Origin: Takifugu flavidus
Taxonomy: Eukaryota
Length of the DNA stretch: 64,000 nt
Assembly (NCBI RefSeq): GCF_003711565.1
Contig: NC_079534.1
Coordinates: forward strand, 9,653,991-9,717,990
Direction of reading: 5' to 3'
Position numbers and translations under genes: made by a program
Shown here: positions 35,652 through 46,810 of the stretch, piece after piece
Layout of the letters: each line of letters begins with the position of its first letter
Numbering within the stretch: position 1 is the first letter of the stretch
Notes under the pieces: generated by a model
What the model saw: only the letters and a program-made list of their open reading frames with translations
Told to the model about the DNA's origin: nothing
Database searches by the model: none

Positions 35652-35776
35652 GAAGTGAAATCACTGGTAAGCAGCTGTGATGGAATCTCAAGCTGTGTCT
35701 TTCTTAAAGATGGGCATCTTGCTACTACCTCCTTCAATGGAAAACTGGAAATGTGGGACATTGGGAGTGGCTGCAG
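35652..35776 (+). CDS. tep1: tep1 exon 34; WD40 ([41 protein letters not shown].)
   Basis: Like human EKSVVSGCDGISACLFLSDDTLFLTAFDGLLELWDLQHGC. Confidence 0.9.
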
Positions 35777-35869
35777 GTGAGAGGATGATTTTATGGACCA
35801 TTTTTCTTAAATCTTATTTTATTGGTCATCGATTTGATGTTTGAATGAATTTCCATGTGTCCCATTCAG

Positions 35870-35969
35870 GACTGCTTTCATTGAAGCCCATACGAATGCA
35901 ATTACAGCAAGTGATGTCACTGTAGATATGAAGCACGTGGCTACAGTGTCTTTGGACTCGATGCTGAAG
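35870..35969 (+). CDS. tep1: tep1 exon 35; WD40 (RTAFIEAHTNAITASDVTVDMKHVATVSLDSMLK)
   Basis: Donor AAG|GTTGGT. Confidence 0.8.
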
Positions 35970-36029
35970 GTTGGTCTATATATTTTTCTGTTAGTGATTT
36001 TGAGTAATTTCATTTGTTTTTGTGGCCAG

Positions 36030-36185
36030 GTGTGGTCTTCTACTAAAGCATATGAGGTAGCAGCCTGGCTCAGCCCTGGCCCATTGAACTGTGTGTCATT
36101 TCACCCTGAGGAGCACCTACTAGCTGCAGGCTGCTGGAATGGCAATGTGATTATGTGGAACTGGCTGCAGAATAAAAGTGATGTG
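36030..36185 (+). CDS. tep1: tep1 exon 36; WD40 (VWSSTKAYEVAAWLSPGPLNCVSFHPEEHLLAAGCWNGNVIMWNWLQNKSDV)
   Basis: Like human LKLWDTVRG...SLNCVAFHPEGQVIATGSWAGSISFF. Confidence 0.9.
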
Positions 36186-36459
36186 GTAAGTTCTCATTGG
36201 CAGACTTCAAAAGCACTTAGTTAGAACATAACCATTAAGAAATCCCCCAATCTTCCCTAAAAAAAAACAGTTGTGTCGTGAAATTTTTTTAAATCATAAT
36301 TGTCCAATGATTCACATTTATCCGACTTTCACATTTATCCGACTCTTCTTTTTAGAAAAAAGAGTAGAAATATTTTCTTGAATAAATTAAGTGATGCTTT
36401 GTACACAAAAAGATGAATTGCCAGAATATATTGTAAAACTGAATGAATGCTGTTTTCAG

Positions 36460-36669
36460 TCCTTCTGTGGTCACAAGTCATCAGTGCGAAGTCTCTCCTT
36501 CTCATCCTCATCCACAATGTGCTCTGGCTCTGTGTCTGGAGAGATCAGGGTCTGGTCGGTACCCAATTTCACCTGCGTGGGATGTTTCCAGGCCCACTCT
36601 GGAGCCACCGAGGTCCTCACCTTTCTGGATGAAGGCCGCATGCTTCTTAGTGCTAGTTCTGATCACACG
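36460..36669 (+). CDS. tep1: tep1 exon 37; WD40 (SFCGHKSSVRSLSF...GEIRVWSVPNFTCVGCFQAHSGATEVLTFLDEGRMLLSASSDHT)
   Basis: ORF 36391-36771; donor ACG|GTAAGG. Confidence 0.85.
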
Positions 36670-37232
36670 GTAAGGTACCGGTACCAGTCTGTCCATTCAA
36701 AACCAGGAACAGGGATTCTGAGATCAGCAAATGTATTTTTTTGCACATATTTGGTTCTTTACATCCAGTGACATTTCTTTGATTCAAAGTAATAGAATAG
36801 AAAAAGTTTTGGTGCTTGAAGCACCATTATATTTGAGTAGCATAGTAGTATTTTTTTTTCCAAAACATTGTCATTTTTATCATTCATTTAAATATAGATT
36901 GTGACAAAACCATTTTTTTTCCCTCTTACATTTTTTGACAAAGAGGGAAAATATTTCCTTGAATAAATGAAATTATTTATGGGAAAAGGAGGATGACAGT
37001 GGGTATGTGAGTGACCATCGTCCGTTGCCTCTGCAACGGCTGTTGGTCTCACTGATGTGCATTCGTCACAGCACTGGATAGCATAAACCAAGCTGCTATG
37101 TCTGTTTTTGAGAATTTTGTTTGTGGGGAGTCTCTGGCCACATGAAACGTTAAAGTTAAAGTTAAATTTGCCATCCACTTTGAATAGAAAGTTGATTTTC
37201 CTTCTTTGTGTTGTTTTTATTCTGTCAAACAG

Positions 37233-37286
37233 CTCAAGCTCTGGTCAGGAGGACTTGGACGTTCAGTGGCTGCATTAAAGAGTGAG
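37233..37286 (+). CDS. tep1: tep1 exon 38 (LKLWSGGLGRSVAALKSE)
   Basis: Like human VQVWSGSLGRPRGHLGSL. Confidence 0.85.
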
Positions 37287-37411
37287 GTAATCACTTCACT
37301 TGTGAATGAAAGTTAGGATAATTTTTGCCATTCTGTCAGAATAGATGGGTTATCCATTGTTTAATATACAGGGTGATATCTGTCATTAAATGTTTTTATT
37401 TTATCTTTCAG

Positions 37412-37547
37412 TGTGAAGGAGAACCATGTCTGAAGAAGCAGAAGCTTGTATCACATGACCCTGCTGCTCTGTGTGTGGCTGTGAATGGAGATTGTGTTGC
37501 TGTGGGTTACCATGGAGCTGGTATCAAGCTCTTCAGTCTTGATACAG
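37412..37547 (+). CDS. tep1: tep1 exon 39; WD40 (CEGEPCLKKQKLVSHDPAALCVAVNGDCVAVGYHGAGIKLFSLDT.)
   Basis: Like human LSVALSPDGDRVAVGYRADGIRIYKISSG. Confidence 0.85.
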
Positions 37548-37635
37548 GTGTGGCCACCTGCTAGTAATGTACAAAATTAATAGTTTTTTACTTAAGCAGT
37601 TTACTGATGTGAAGGTTTCCCCATTGCACTCACAG

Positions 37636-37887
37636 GTGAAATGACTAAGACCCCAGAGGTTCTTGATGTCTCTATTTTGTGCATGATGTGGGTCAATATG
37701 GACCATGATGAGGGTGAACCAGAGTTGTTGGTAGCTGGAAGAAGTGACAAATGTGTGGGAGTTTTGAAAAGAAATAAAAGAGAAAATGGAACGCTGGGCA
37801 CCCTGAAGGTGATTGGATTGTGTGGTACTCAACATGGCGACATTTTGGCATTGGCGCAAAATGCCACATACTTGGCCACCGCCTCAG
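37636..37887 (+). CDS. tep1: tep1 exon 40; WD40 (GEMTKTPEVLDVSILCMMWVNMDHDEGEPELLVAGRSDKCVGVLKRNKRENGTLGTLKVIGLCGTQHGDILALAQNATYLATAS.)
   Basis: ORF 37641-37898; acceptor cacag|gtg; donor TCAG|GTCAGT. Confidence 0.8.
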
Positions 37888-37968
37888 GTCAGTGGTAAAG
37901 TGAAAACACACAACATCAGAAGTAGCAGATTTTCTTGTTTATACTTTTCATAATTTCTGTTGATTTAG

Positions 37969-38120
37969 ATGACTGCACTATTGCTCTGTGGTTGCTGAGT
38001 CATCTTTGTGATATGGCCACTCAAGAGCCTCAATCACTGCTGAGCAGCCATAGTGGAGGTGTCACCTGTCTGGCTTTTAGCCCTGATGGTGGTCAACTGC
38101 TGTCTGGTGGAAAAGATCTG
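37969..38120 (+). CDS. tep1: tep1 exon 41; WD40 (DDCTIALWLL...SSHSGGVTCLAFSPDGGQLLSGGKDL)
   Basis: Like human ELRGHEGPVSCCSFSTDGGSLATGGRDRSL. Confidence 0.9.
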
Positions 38121-38436
38121 GTATGTTAATGAATAACCCTTATATGAAATTTTTGGTACATGTGTTATTACAGAATTGCAGATACATCTCGTGGAAAGAT
38201 GCATTTGTCATCCAAAGCATTGGTAGTATTTTACACAAGTGAAATTCATTTGGTGTTTGAACTCACAATACAGGATATGATGTTGCAAGGTTGTGGTCAG
38301 TAATACAGTAATCAGAATGCAAATACCTTTCCTTTACTATAATAGCAGTATTGGAGTTATTTTTTCCTCTGTAATGAATGACAGTTGTGCTTTATTAAAC
38401 TGTCAAGACACAATGAAATTATGACACTCCAACTGA

Positions 38437-38650
38437 AACTAGGGGAACAACCCTACCAACGACCCTGCCAACGACTCTCAGGTGACCACCCAGATCATTT
38501 GCATGCTAATGGTCCACAAGGGTTATATTTTCAAGTTCTGTCCCCAGCGAGTTCAGAACTGAAGAAGCCTTCTGGATAGAAGGCAAAATGTCTTCAAAAA
38601 AGAAAAAAAACAGTCCAGTTGACACAGAAAACTACCTTGGATAACTATGA
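38437..38650 (+). mobile_element. Penelope-like element 3'-tail fragment (second copy of the 10981-11170 tail) in a tep1 intron
   Basis: About 85% identity by eye to 10981-11170 (…GERPYQRLSG.HPDH…GPQG.YFQ.LSPASSE…). Confidence 0.6.
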
Positions 38651-38964
38651 CCTGGATGATTGAGAATCTACACAGACATTATGACACTATTATATCAAAC
38701 ATTTAAATACAGATCCTGCTCTGTAGTGTAAAGAGTTCTAGAAGGATATTATTATTCTTTTGCACAATGCTAATTGTGTTGTATGCTTTTTCCTAGCAAA
38801 ACATGTTCTAGTAGACCAGCAGGAAGAAACCCTTTTATACCTAAGCAATCGTTACAATGTGAAAAATAAATGCCTAATTTGCAGTGCAGTAAATATAAGA
38901 TCGTCGGAGCTAGGGTATGTGATCAAAAGAGTGTTGGAGTAGTAACAGGGTCTCTTTTTTTCAG

Positions 38965-39072
38965 GCTCTGATCGTGTGGGACGTAAGTGGATCCCCTGCT
39001 GTTCTGTCCAAGTCACTCAGTCACGCTCATAAAGACTGGATTACCAGCTGTGTTTGGAGTCCGCATTGTGTG
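38965..39072 (+). CDS. tep1: tep1 exon 42; WD40 (ALIVWDVSGSPAVLSKSLSHAHKDWITSCVWSPHCV)
   Basis: Like human LLCWDVRTPKTPVLIHSFPACHRDWVTGCAWTKDNL. Confidence 0.9.
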
Positions 39073-39183
39073 GTAATTATTTAGTGTATGCCATGAGTGA
39101 ATGTAATTAGCTGTCTTCTCAGGAGTTCCATTTTTAGACATTGTTTTTATATATAGTTTAATTGTCTCCCTTTTCTGTTCTAG

Positions 39184-39288
39184 ATAAGTTCTTCAAATGA
39201 TGGGAGACTTTGTTTATGGGATCTGCAATCAGGCCAATGTCTCAAAGAAATCTCCTGGAAAAGTCGTCTAACATCCGTTTGCTGCTTG
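39184..39288 (+). CDS. tep1: tep1 exon 43; WD40 (ISSSNDGRLCLWDLQSGQCLKEISWKSRLTSVCCL)
   Basis: Like human ISCSSDGSVGLWDPESGQRLGQF. Confidence 0.9.
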
Positions 39289-40461
39289 GTGATTTGATTA
39301 TTTATTCACTAGCTAATTAACAAGGTATTTTTTTTTTTTTAGCTTTTAATTAGCGCTGAACCATCTTTCTGTCCTGGCTGACAGCAGGACACTGTCATCA
39401 TCCTGCTTCACTGTTGGTATGATACCATCACTGGGATGTGTTGCGCACATGATAAACAGTGGCTGAAATTTTGCTGTTTTGATTTAACAACAAACCTTTC
39501 AATGTTGGTTCCATCAGCCCAGAAAATATTCTTATTCCTTTAGCTGTGGCAGGGCGGCCCGCTTATATTGGTGGAGTTGCTGCAGTGACTGCTGACTGTC
39601 TGAAACTTATCATCTGAACACAGGATCTCCGGAGCTCAGCCAGTGGGTTCTTCAACCCAGTGGGCTCTTCACCTACTAGTATATTATACGTGAGGGGCAA
39701 GGAGCAGACAAATAACTTTAACCTCACCTTTTGATACTTCTGTGTACAGCTGTATCTCTATCTCTGGAAGATCTTCAGTTGATGTTCATGGAATTATTGG
39801 AAAGGCTCATTTCAAAAGAAGATTTTAACTTTGTATACACTCTTGATATTTTGATAACATCATAGATTTTTTTGTGTCGGTATAATTATTAATGTCTATA
39901 GTTGTTTTTGAGACCAGAAAGACATTGCAGTGTAGGCTGAAGATAATGTGGATCTGTCTATGTAAACAAATTAATTAAAACCCTTCTACCCTAGATTTCT
40001 CGAAGCTGACTGCACCACCAGTCTCAACGAAATCTTGGCTGTTCCAAAGTTCTTTAATTTCTGAATGGCAAAGACCTTTGTGCTCTTTTGGACCTTTAGT
40101 CCAGCAGAATTTGTTTGTAGCTTTTCCCAGATCTATGTCGTGCCTTTGTCATTTTTCCTCCGATATTGTAAGGTAGACCTTCCATAGACAGAAGTGTGTA
40201 CTTCCAAATCATGGCCAAATAAGTGTAAAAATAGTGTGAGATACCAAAGCAGTGGGTAACACATAAAATGCAATTAATGTATGGACCAATTGGAGCATTT
40301 TCAACTGTGTATGAAGATAGTACATAAAAGTATATATTTTAATGACATCATTGCCGACTACGGTTTGATAGTTGTGGATATAACTGTATTGTAAAGTGTG
40401 AGCTATCTGGAGAATTGAAAAGAGTAATCTTTTGACTCAACTATTACATTTCTGCACCCAG

Positions 40462-40591
40462 GGACAGTATGTGATTGCCAGCTGTTCAGAAGGAATGCTT
40501 CACGTTTGGATGTGGGAATCAAGTGTAGAGATCTGCCACATTTCTGCACATAAACAGCTCATCCATCACTGCACACTTTTGCCAAACACGG
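40462..40591 (+). CDS. tep1: tep1 exon 44; WD40 (GQYVIASCSEGMLHVWMWESSVEICHISAHKQLIHHCTLLPNT.)
   Basis: Acceptor cacccag|gga; donor ACGG|GTAAAT. Confidence 0.8.
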
Positions 40592-40682
40592 GTAAATACC
40601 ATGCAACATAGTAAAGAGCTTAACAATGAATATAGGAAAATGCCTTTGTTAGTTGTTATGTGATCTGATGCTATTTAATCAG

Positions 40683-40768
40683 ATGAGACCAAAGATGATG
40701 GCCCTGAGGAAATAACTGTTTTTACGGCTTCTGAGGATGGTACAGTGCAGCTCTGGAAGCCACTGCAG
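40683..40768 (+). CDS. tep1: tep1 exon 45 (DETKDDGPEEITVFTASEDGTVQLWKPLQ)
   Basis: Like human LTASEDGSVRLWQVP. Confidence 0.85.
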
Positions 40769-40840
40769 GTCTGTCCAAGTGTCTAAATATGAGGACAGAG
40801 TAGATTTTCCATGAATGTAACATCCTGATATTTTATACAG

Positions 40841-40967
40841 GTGCAGCACTTCAGCACCTTCCAGGGTCACAATGCTGCTGTATGTGGAGTTGTTGACAAG
40901 AAAGGACTTTCAGAATTCCTCTCTATTTCTCAAGACTGCACTTTGAGATGCTGGACACTAATGAAAG
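40841..40967 (+). CDS. tep1: tep1 exon 46; WD40 (VQHFSTFQGHNAAVCGVVDKKGLSEFLSISQDCTLRCWTLMK.)
   Basis: Acceptor tatacag|gtg; donor AAAG|GTAATA. Confidence 0.85.
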
Positions 40968-42071
40968 GTAATAATTGATGATCTGTCTTGTACTGTGTGT
41001 TGTGCTAAAACAGTACTGTCTGGTCCATTAAGTAGATTTTAATTCTGAAGAGAAAGATACATTTCTTTTTAGCTCAGATTTTCTATGTTCTGTATGTAAG
41101 AGTTAAACAAAAATATAGAATTCAATTACTGGTGGGAATTAAAACAGAATATAAAGGCTATGTAAAATCAACACCTTTGGTATTTTTAGTGGTGATTTTA
41201 TTACCCCTACCAAAGAGGTTATGTGACAGGCTGCATCTGTCTGTCTGTTTGGAAATGTTGATAGCGGTGTGATTGGTTTATGATCAAAGCCAAGGTGATC
41301 ATACCTACTGCATTACATAACCTTATATTATTACTGCCTTTATATAGTATACTATACTCTAGTAATACTCTGTAATTCAAAATATGTGGGGAAATGACCT
41401 GCTTGGCCGAGGTCTGGAATCGGAGTACTTTTTTGCTAGTTTAGCACACCTTATAACTCCATAAATAAAAACCATGACATTTTATAACTTATCAATAGCA
41501 ATGTTTTTGCTTTACGCTAATTGAAGGCCCCCACATTTATATCTTACCTTCATATTTCAAGAAGAAAAGAATACTTTAACCCCAAAGGTGAAATGACACC
41601 ATGCAGTACCACCGCATCTCGCGAAGAGAGAACATCATAAAAAATAGAAAATCTTAAGAAAAGTTTATTTATTTTAGTAACTGAATTTAAAAAGTACAGT
41701 CCATAATTAGCTAAGTAGAGTGTAAGTAACACCACAGACCTTCACCATCGTACGTTTTAATTACCGTAGATTGTAATTTTGCAAGACACTGAAATTTCCA
41801 TGTCTGTGAGTAATATATTGACTTTTGAATTGCTGTTATTCTAAAATATTTTGCCATGCACTGGCAGCAGGATCATACAATGCAATCACTAAGGGAAAGT
41901 TGTGAGTAAGCTGCCCTATACAGGTGCTCTGAGCATCCTGGCATACCTGGCTAAAGAGCACCTGGGGAGTGCTTTGACAATGTCCCAGCACCTCTACTGC
42001 TCCCACCATCCTAGTTTTTGGCCCATAGCTGAGACTTAAACCAGAAGCCCTCCGACTCCCAGCCTTGTACC

Positions 42072-42773
42072 CTACAGCTCCCCCTTATTTTTCACATTTA
42101 TTATATTTTTAATTGTTTGCAAGGCCATGGTTCTCAACCGGAAAAAGGTGGAGTGCCTTCTCCGGGTCAAGGAGGAGATCCTGCCCCAAGTGGAGGAGTT
42201 CAAGTACCTCAAGTTCAAGTAGAGATTGACAGGCGGATCGGTGCGGCATCCGCAGTAATGCGGACTCTGCACCGGTCCGTAGTGGTGAAGAGAGAGCTGA
42301 GCTGAAAGGCGAAGCTCTCGATTTACCGGTCGATCTTCGTTCCTACCCTCACCTATGGTCATGAGCTTTGGGTAATGACCGAAAGAACAAGATCACGGGT
42401 ACAAGCGGCCGAAATGAGCTTCCTTCATAGGGTGGCTGGGCTCTCCCTTAGAGATAGGGTGAGAAGCTCTGCCATCCGGGAGGAGCTCGGAGTAGAGTCG
42501 CTGCTCCTCCGTGTTGAGAGGAGCCAGATGAGGTGGCTTGGGCATCTAGTTAGGATGCCCCCAGGACGCCTCCCTGGTGAGGTGTTCAGGGCATGTCTCT
42601 CCGGTAGGAGACCCCCGGGAAGACCCAGGACACATTGGAGAGACTATGTCTCTCGACTGGTCTGGGAACGCCTGGGGATCCCTCCGGATGAGCTGGAGGA
42701 GGTAGCTGGGGAGAGGGAAGTCTGGGCTTCTCTCCTTAGGCTGCTGCCCCCGCAACCCGACCCCGGATAAGCG
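42072..42773 (+). mobile_element. LINE-C 3' fragment (5'-truncated RT C-terminus: ...RIGAASAVMRTLHRSVVVKRELS...ERSQMRWLGHLVRMPPGRLPGEVFR...) in a tep1 intron
   Basis: ORF 42375-42770 is about 90% identical to the C-terminus of the minus-strand RT at 51656-52362. Followed by a (GGAT)n tail. Confidence 0.85.
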
Positions 42774-42800
42774 GTAGAGGATGGATGGATGGATGGATGT
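42774..42800. repeat. (GGAT)n microsatellite, 3' tail of the LINE-C fragment
   Basis: ggatggatggatggatgg directly after the RT stop. Confidence 0.85.
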
Positions 42801-42837
42801 TTGCAATCCTAGCTCATCTGTGTGTCTTTCTTCTCAG

Positions 42838-42968
42838 AGACTGCTTCCACTCGGGCAGGACCAGTCACAGCCCTTTGCTTGTCTCCAAAAGATAATCTAC
42901 TTCTTGCTGGCTATGAATCGGGTTTAATTGAGATATGGCAACACACCACTGTGGTCGGCTATAAGCAG
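42838..42968 (+). CDS. tep1: tep1 exon 47; WD40 (ETASTRAGPVTALCLSPKDNLLLAGYESGLIEIWQHTTVVGYKQ)
   Basis: Like human AVAWAPDGSMAVSGNQAGELILWQEAKAV. Confidence 0.85.
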
Positions 42969-43057
42969 GTGAAGACATAGACCATAAAGGAGATGAACGC
43001 TGAACAGGTGCATGTTGGTGTAACTATAAGACACATTTATTGGTATTTATTTGACAG

Positions 43058-43179
43058 ACTTTTAAAAGTGGCATCAGTGCAATCTCCGTCATGCCTGATA
43101 ACCAGTTTGCTGTCAGCTACACAAAACCTTCCATTGATATTTGGAAACTGGTATGGAATCAAAAAAGCAACATTACAAG
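43058..43179 (+). CDS. tep1: tep1 exon 48 (TFKSGISAISVMPDNQFAVSYTKPSIDIWKLVWNQKSNIT.)
   Basis: Acceptor tttgacag|act; donor CAAG|GTAAGC. Confidence 0.75.
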
Positions 43180-44636
43180 GTAAGCAACAGCCAGAGATAA
43201 GTAAGCCACCACTCCAGTCAACAGAATTACTTATTAAAATATTTCATTTCAATTTATTGACATAACCGAGGATAACAAGAGAACTTTTTACAGCAATTGT
43301 GCAATATGTGTGAAGAAAATGCAAGCTAAACCTCGAATATTTGTTTGTTTTAAATGTTACAAAAATAAAAATGCATGACAGTTATTTCAAAGTTTTTATT
43401 GACAACTACACATCAAATAAAACTTTTGATATTGCATCAAATTCTCCTATTAGTTGGTACACTTCAGATAGATTAAACTATAACTATGCCCCTTTATTAA
43501 CTTTCTTTTGTGATAACTTTTGTGATATGATCTTAGGTTCAAATGACCTGAAACGTGAGAGAAACAAATGAGGCAAAGACAACAGTTTTGAATTTTACTT
43601 GGAAGGAGAACGGAGAGATGTGCTCAGTTACAGATCTCCAACACGTTCTGACGCACAACTTCTGCCATCCTTCTTTTATTGAAATTAGGAGGTCCCTAGT
43701 TAGACAGAATTCAAATGTGCCTAAAGGGGGGGGGGGGGGACACAAGATAACAGGTCCCATACAAAGAAAAGACTGTAAATCATAATGGTGAGATTATACA
43801 TAGGTCTTCACTGATTTGATTAGCTTAGCTCGCACACAGCACATTCTTCCATTTCAGACAGATTAAAAGAACACCTCCTGTGTCATGCTCTGCAACTCTA
43901 TCTCCAGTCAATGTCACTTCCCCACAGCAACTGCATTTCTGTCATCCTTGACCAGAGGAGTTCGAGTTCACACATCAAGCATCATGAACATTAAGCATTA
44001 ACAAATAATAAGAAACATTAAGTAATGAGAATCAATATAACAAGAATAAAGAATATAACAAGGTAAAAGTAAATAAGAGATAACTTTAATATAATGGTTC
44101 TAACATATGTATTCAGTATTATTCTATCAGTGTTGGAAAATCAATTCTGATAACTTTGGCAAAAGTCCAAGTTGCAAAACTACAGTTTCATACATTGATT
44201 GTATTGTGCACACTAACCTTTCACTCTGTCCAGTGTCCCAGCTGTCAGCCTGCTGAAGGTGAACACATACAAACTAAAAGAAGCAGCTGTGCGCCTCAGC
44301 TACTGCACGGTCCTCATTGGAGTATCAGAGTCTGGAAGGATATTTCATGTCTCGTCTGAAGAGGAAAATTGGATGCACATAGTCAGCGAGTAAATCTATT
44401 TAGCTTATTCCCTGTCCAGAATGTTAGTGTGGTTATATGTTTGATATTAATTTAAATCTTTGATCTGAACATTTCAGAAACCATAATTTACCAGGCAATA
44501 AAAGCCTTGTGTGCTCTCTGCATTTAAGGATTTGTTTACAACAGGACATGTTTATTGTTGCCTATGGTTTATGTATGCAATGATTGGATTGATTGATTGA
44601 TTAATTCATTCAAATTTGAATTGATTCTCATTTCAG

Positions 44637-44736
44637 TTGGGAGCAGAGAACCAGAATTTTGGGGTTGATTCCAAATGATGAGAAAAGCATGTGGTTGGTT
44701 GGCGAGGAAGCAGGAGAAATTCTAATTGGATTCATT
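44637..44736 (+). CDS. tep1: tep1 exon 49 (SWEQRTRILGLIPNDEKSMWLVGEEAGEILIGFI). One or more small exons between 43180 and 44636 cannot be excluded
   Basis: Acceptor tcatttcag|t; donor ATT|GTGAGC; phase-consistent. Confidence 0.65.
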
Positions 44737-44964
44737 GTGAGCTTCTTATATATACATCATTGTGCTTTTCCAATGAATTATTTCATGGAAGTGTGAGATA
44801 AGATCAATATATTTTCATACAATAAAATCATATGTTTATGTATTAAAATAATTCAAAGTTAGATTTCTGTCAATTTCTTTATAGTACAGAAACAGCCATT
44901 TATACTTTTACAAGTGTTAGTGTACTAAATATTTTTATGTAGTAACTGATGTCCTTGTCCTCAG

Positions 44965-45073
44965 TTTGCCATGGGCCCCCATTATTCATTCCGTTCAGCT
45001 TTTAGCTCAATGAAACTGGAGTCCGGAGATGAGGGAAAGAGTAGCTTGATATCAGCAGTAACTGTAAACAAAG
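44965..45073 (+). CDS. tep1: tep1 exon 50 (FAMGPHYSFRSAFSSMKLESGDEGKSSLISAVTVNK.)
   Basis: Acceptor tcctcag|ttt; donor AAAG|GTATGA. Confidence 0.7.
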
Positions 45074-45192
45074 GTATGACATCATGTCTACTACTAATAA
45101 TGAAAATATGATATCAACTGCCTGAACACCAAAGATTGATTGATCTATCTCTTTCTCTGATTGTGTGATTTTTTTTTGATTTTTTTTTTCAG

Positions 45193-45275
45193 ATTTTGTT
45201 GTGTGTGGAGACGTTCGGGGCAACATGTGGTTCATTCAACCTACAGAGCCTTTCTCATTAAGTAACAGAAAACTT
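45193..45275 (+). CDS. tep1: tep1 exon 51 (DFVVCGDVRGNMWFIQPTEPFSLSNRKL)
   Basis: Acceptor (t)ncag|at; donor CTT|GTAAGT. Confidence 0.8.
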
Positions 45276-45459
45276 GTAAGTTGTGCCAAGAGACGTGCAA
45301 AATGAGTCAAAATGCTTTTAATTAAATTTGAGAAAAATCTCATGTTCAGTAATTTTCTAGATCATTGATGGTTATTGATACAACAAATGTAAAGTCACAA
45401 CACCTCAGTTACAGTATAATCTTGTAGAACATTTTGTAATGTTGTTTTTATTCCCCCAG

Positions 45460-45564
45460 GTTCATAATGACAGGATCAGCGTGCTGAGAGTAACCGAGCA
45501 AACCATCATCTCAGCCTCTTACGACAGGACAGTGAAGCTGTGGGACAGAGACACCAAAAAGCAG
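45460..45564 (+). CDS. tep1: tep1 exon 52; WD40 (VHNDRISVLRVTEQTIISASYDRTVKLWDRDTKKQ)
   Basis: Like human IHSGSVTALHVLPELLVTATKDRDVKLWERPSMQ. Confidence 0.9.
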
Positions 45565-45958
45565 GTTCGGCACATCATAGAACAAATACTGCACACACCC
45601 AGGGACACGGAGACATTTATGTTTTTGTGCATTAAATTTTGCAGGCTGATGGGTGAAATATAAATATTAGATCTGATTAGTATTTGACTGGTGTTACAAT
45701 AATTAAATAATGAAAAAAAATCTAAGTAAATTAGTGTAATTTTTATTGTTTTTTAAATCAAAGAACATTCTGAAATTCTATGGATTATAAAACCTAGTAG
45801 TTCATTTATTGTAAATAAACTTTAGCAATTGTAGTAATTCACTTCTCTCTATAGTCCCCTTGTCAAGCTTATTCAATATATAAACCAAGCGCATTTCTTG
45901 CACAGCTTCATTATACCTATAGATAAGTTTTTACATCTCTTTTTGTCTCTTCTCCCAG

Positions 45959-46078
45959 GTGGGAATGTTCATGTGCGAAGGGCCTGTTGTACATTTGGAG
46001 GTGAACCCCGCAAATCCAACAGAACTGGTTTGCGGTGATGGACAGGGCAATCTTTACTTCCTCACCTGGACACAATAA
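45959..46078 (+). CDS. tep1: tep1 terminal exon 53 (VGMFMCEGPVVHLEVNPANPTELVCGDGQGNLYFLTWTQ*), stop TAA 46076-46078
   Basis: Like the human C-terminus LGLFRCEGSVSCLEP...AVGDVQGNVYFLNWE*. Confidence 0.92.
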   Translation: MGMFMCEGPVVHLEVNPANPTELVCGDGQGNLYFLTWTQ

Positions 46079-46282
46079 TCTTGATAATTTTACACACTAA
46101 ACTTTAGGGGATTTAGGGGAAAGGATTACATTTAAAGAAAAATCGCTACTTAATTGTTTGGTTTTCTTCTGACATGAGGTCAATGCAGCAAATAATAAAA
46201 ATGGCCAAAGAAATTGAAAATGAAATATTCAAACCTCCTAATATAAAAGTATCGCTTCTGTTTGGAGAGGATGCTGACTTCA

Positions 46283-46288
46283 AATAAA
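46283..46288 (+). terminator. tep1: Putative tep1 poly(A) signal AATAAA (another AATAAA near 46192)
   Basis: Canonical hexamer about 205 nt after the stop codon. Confidence 0.4.
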
Positions 46289-46335
46289 CTTGAGTATATG
46301 ATGAAGTGTGCCCTGCTGCTTTTTATACTAGGCAG

Positions 46336-46489
<154 letters not shown>

Positions 46490-46492
46490 CCT

Positions 46493-46810
46493 CTACCTGA
46501 GGCCTGGGAGTCTGAGGGTTCTGCGCAGGATTTTAACTGTTCCTAGGACTGCGCTCTTCTGGGTAGAGATCTCTGATGTGGTTCCTGGTATTTGTTGGAG
46601 CCATCGACACAGCTTGGGGGTTACTGCCCTTAGCGTAACAATCACTACTGGGACCACTGTTGCCTTCATGTCCCACATTCTCGCCATCTCCTCCTTCAGC
46701 CCTTGGTACCTCTCCAGCTTCTCGTGTTCCTTCTTCCTGATGTTGCGATCACTTGGGATTGCTACATCTATCACCACCACTGTCTTCTGGTGTTTATCCA
46801 TCATCCATCT
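46493..46810 (-). mobile_element. LINE-D 3'-terminal fragment (minus strand)
   Basis: Minus ORF 46493-46804 (...VVVIDVAIPSDRNIRKKEHEKLERYQGLKEEMARMW...VVPVVIVTLRAVTPKL...IPGTTSEISTQKSAVLGTVKILRRTL), a motif block seen at the C-terminus of teleost LINE ORF2s. Confidence 0.6.

Larger units (their letters stand above)
18485..46078 (+). other. tep1: Gene locus: telomerase-associated protein 1 / vault protein component TEP1 orthologue. 53 coding exons reconstructed, about 7554 nt CDS, about 2517 aa
   Basis: Exon translations align along the whole length with TEP1. Examples: [30 protein letters not shown] vs human [42 protein letters not shown] vs [41 protein letters not shown] vs VSGCDGISACLFL; C-terminus CGDGQGNLYFLTWTQ* vs VGDVQGNVYFLNWE*. 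All exon phases are mutually consistent. Confidence 0.92.

Noticed and set aside
36443-36696. ORFs 36443-36673, 36447-36632 (+) and 36508-36696 (-)
   Set aside because: Alternative frames overlapping tep1 exon 37 (36460-36669), whose frame is fixed by flanking splice phases and homology.
43200-44630. ORFs 43341-43571, 43555-43785, 44156-44359 as additional tep1 exons
   Set aside because: No acceptor/donor pairs giving phase continuity with exons 48 and 49, and no similarity to TEP1. The poly-G tract and AT-rich composition suggest intronic repeat DNA. A small missed exon cannot be fully excluded.
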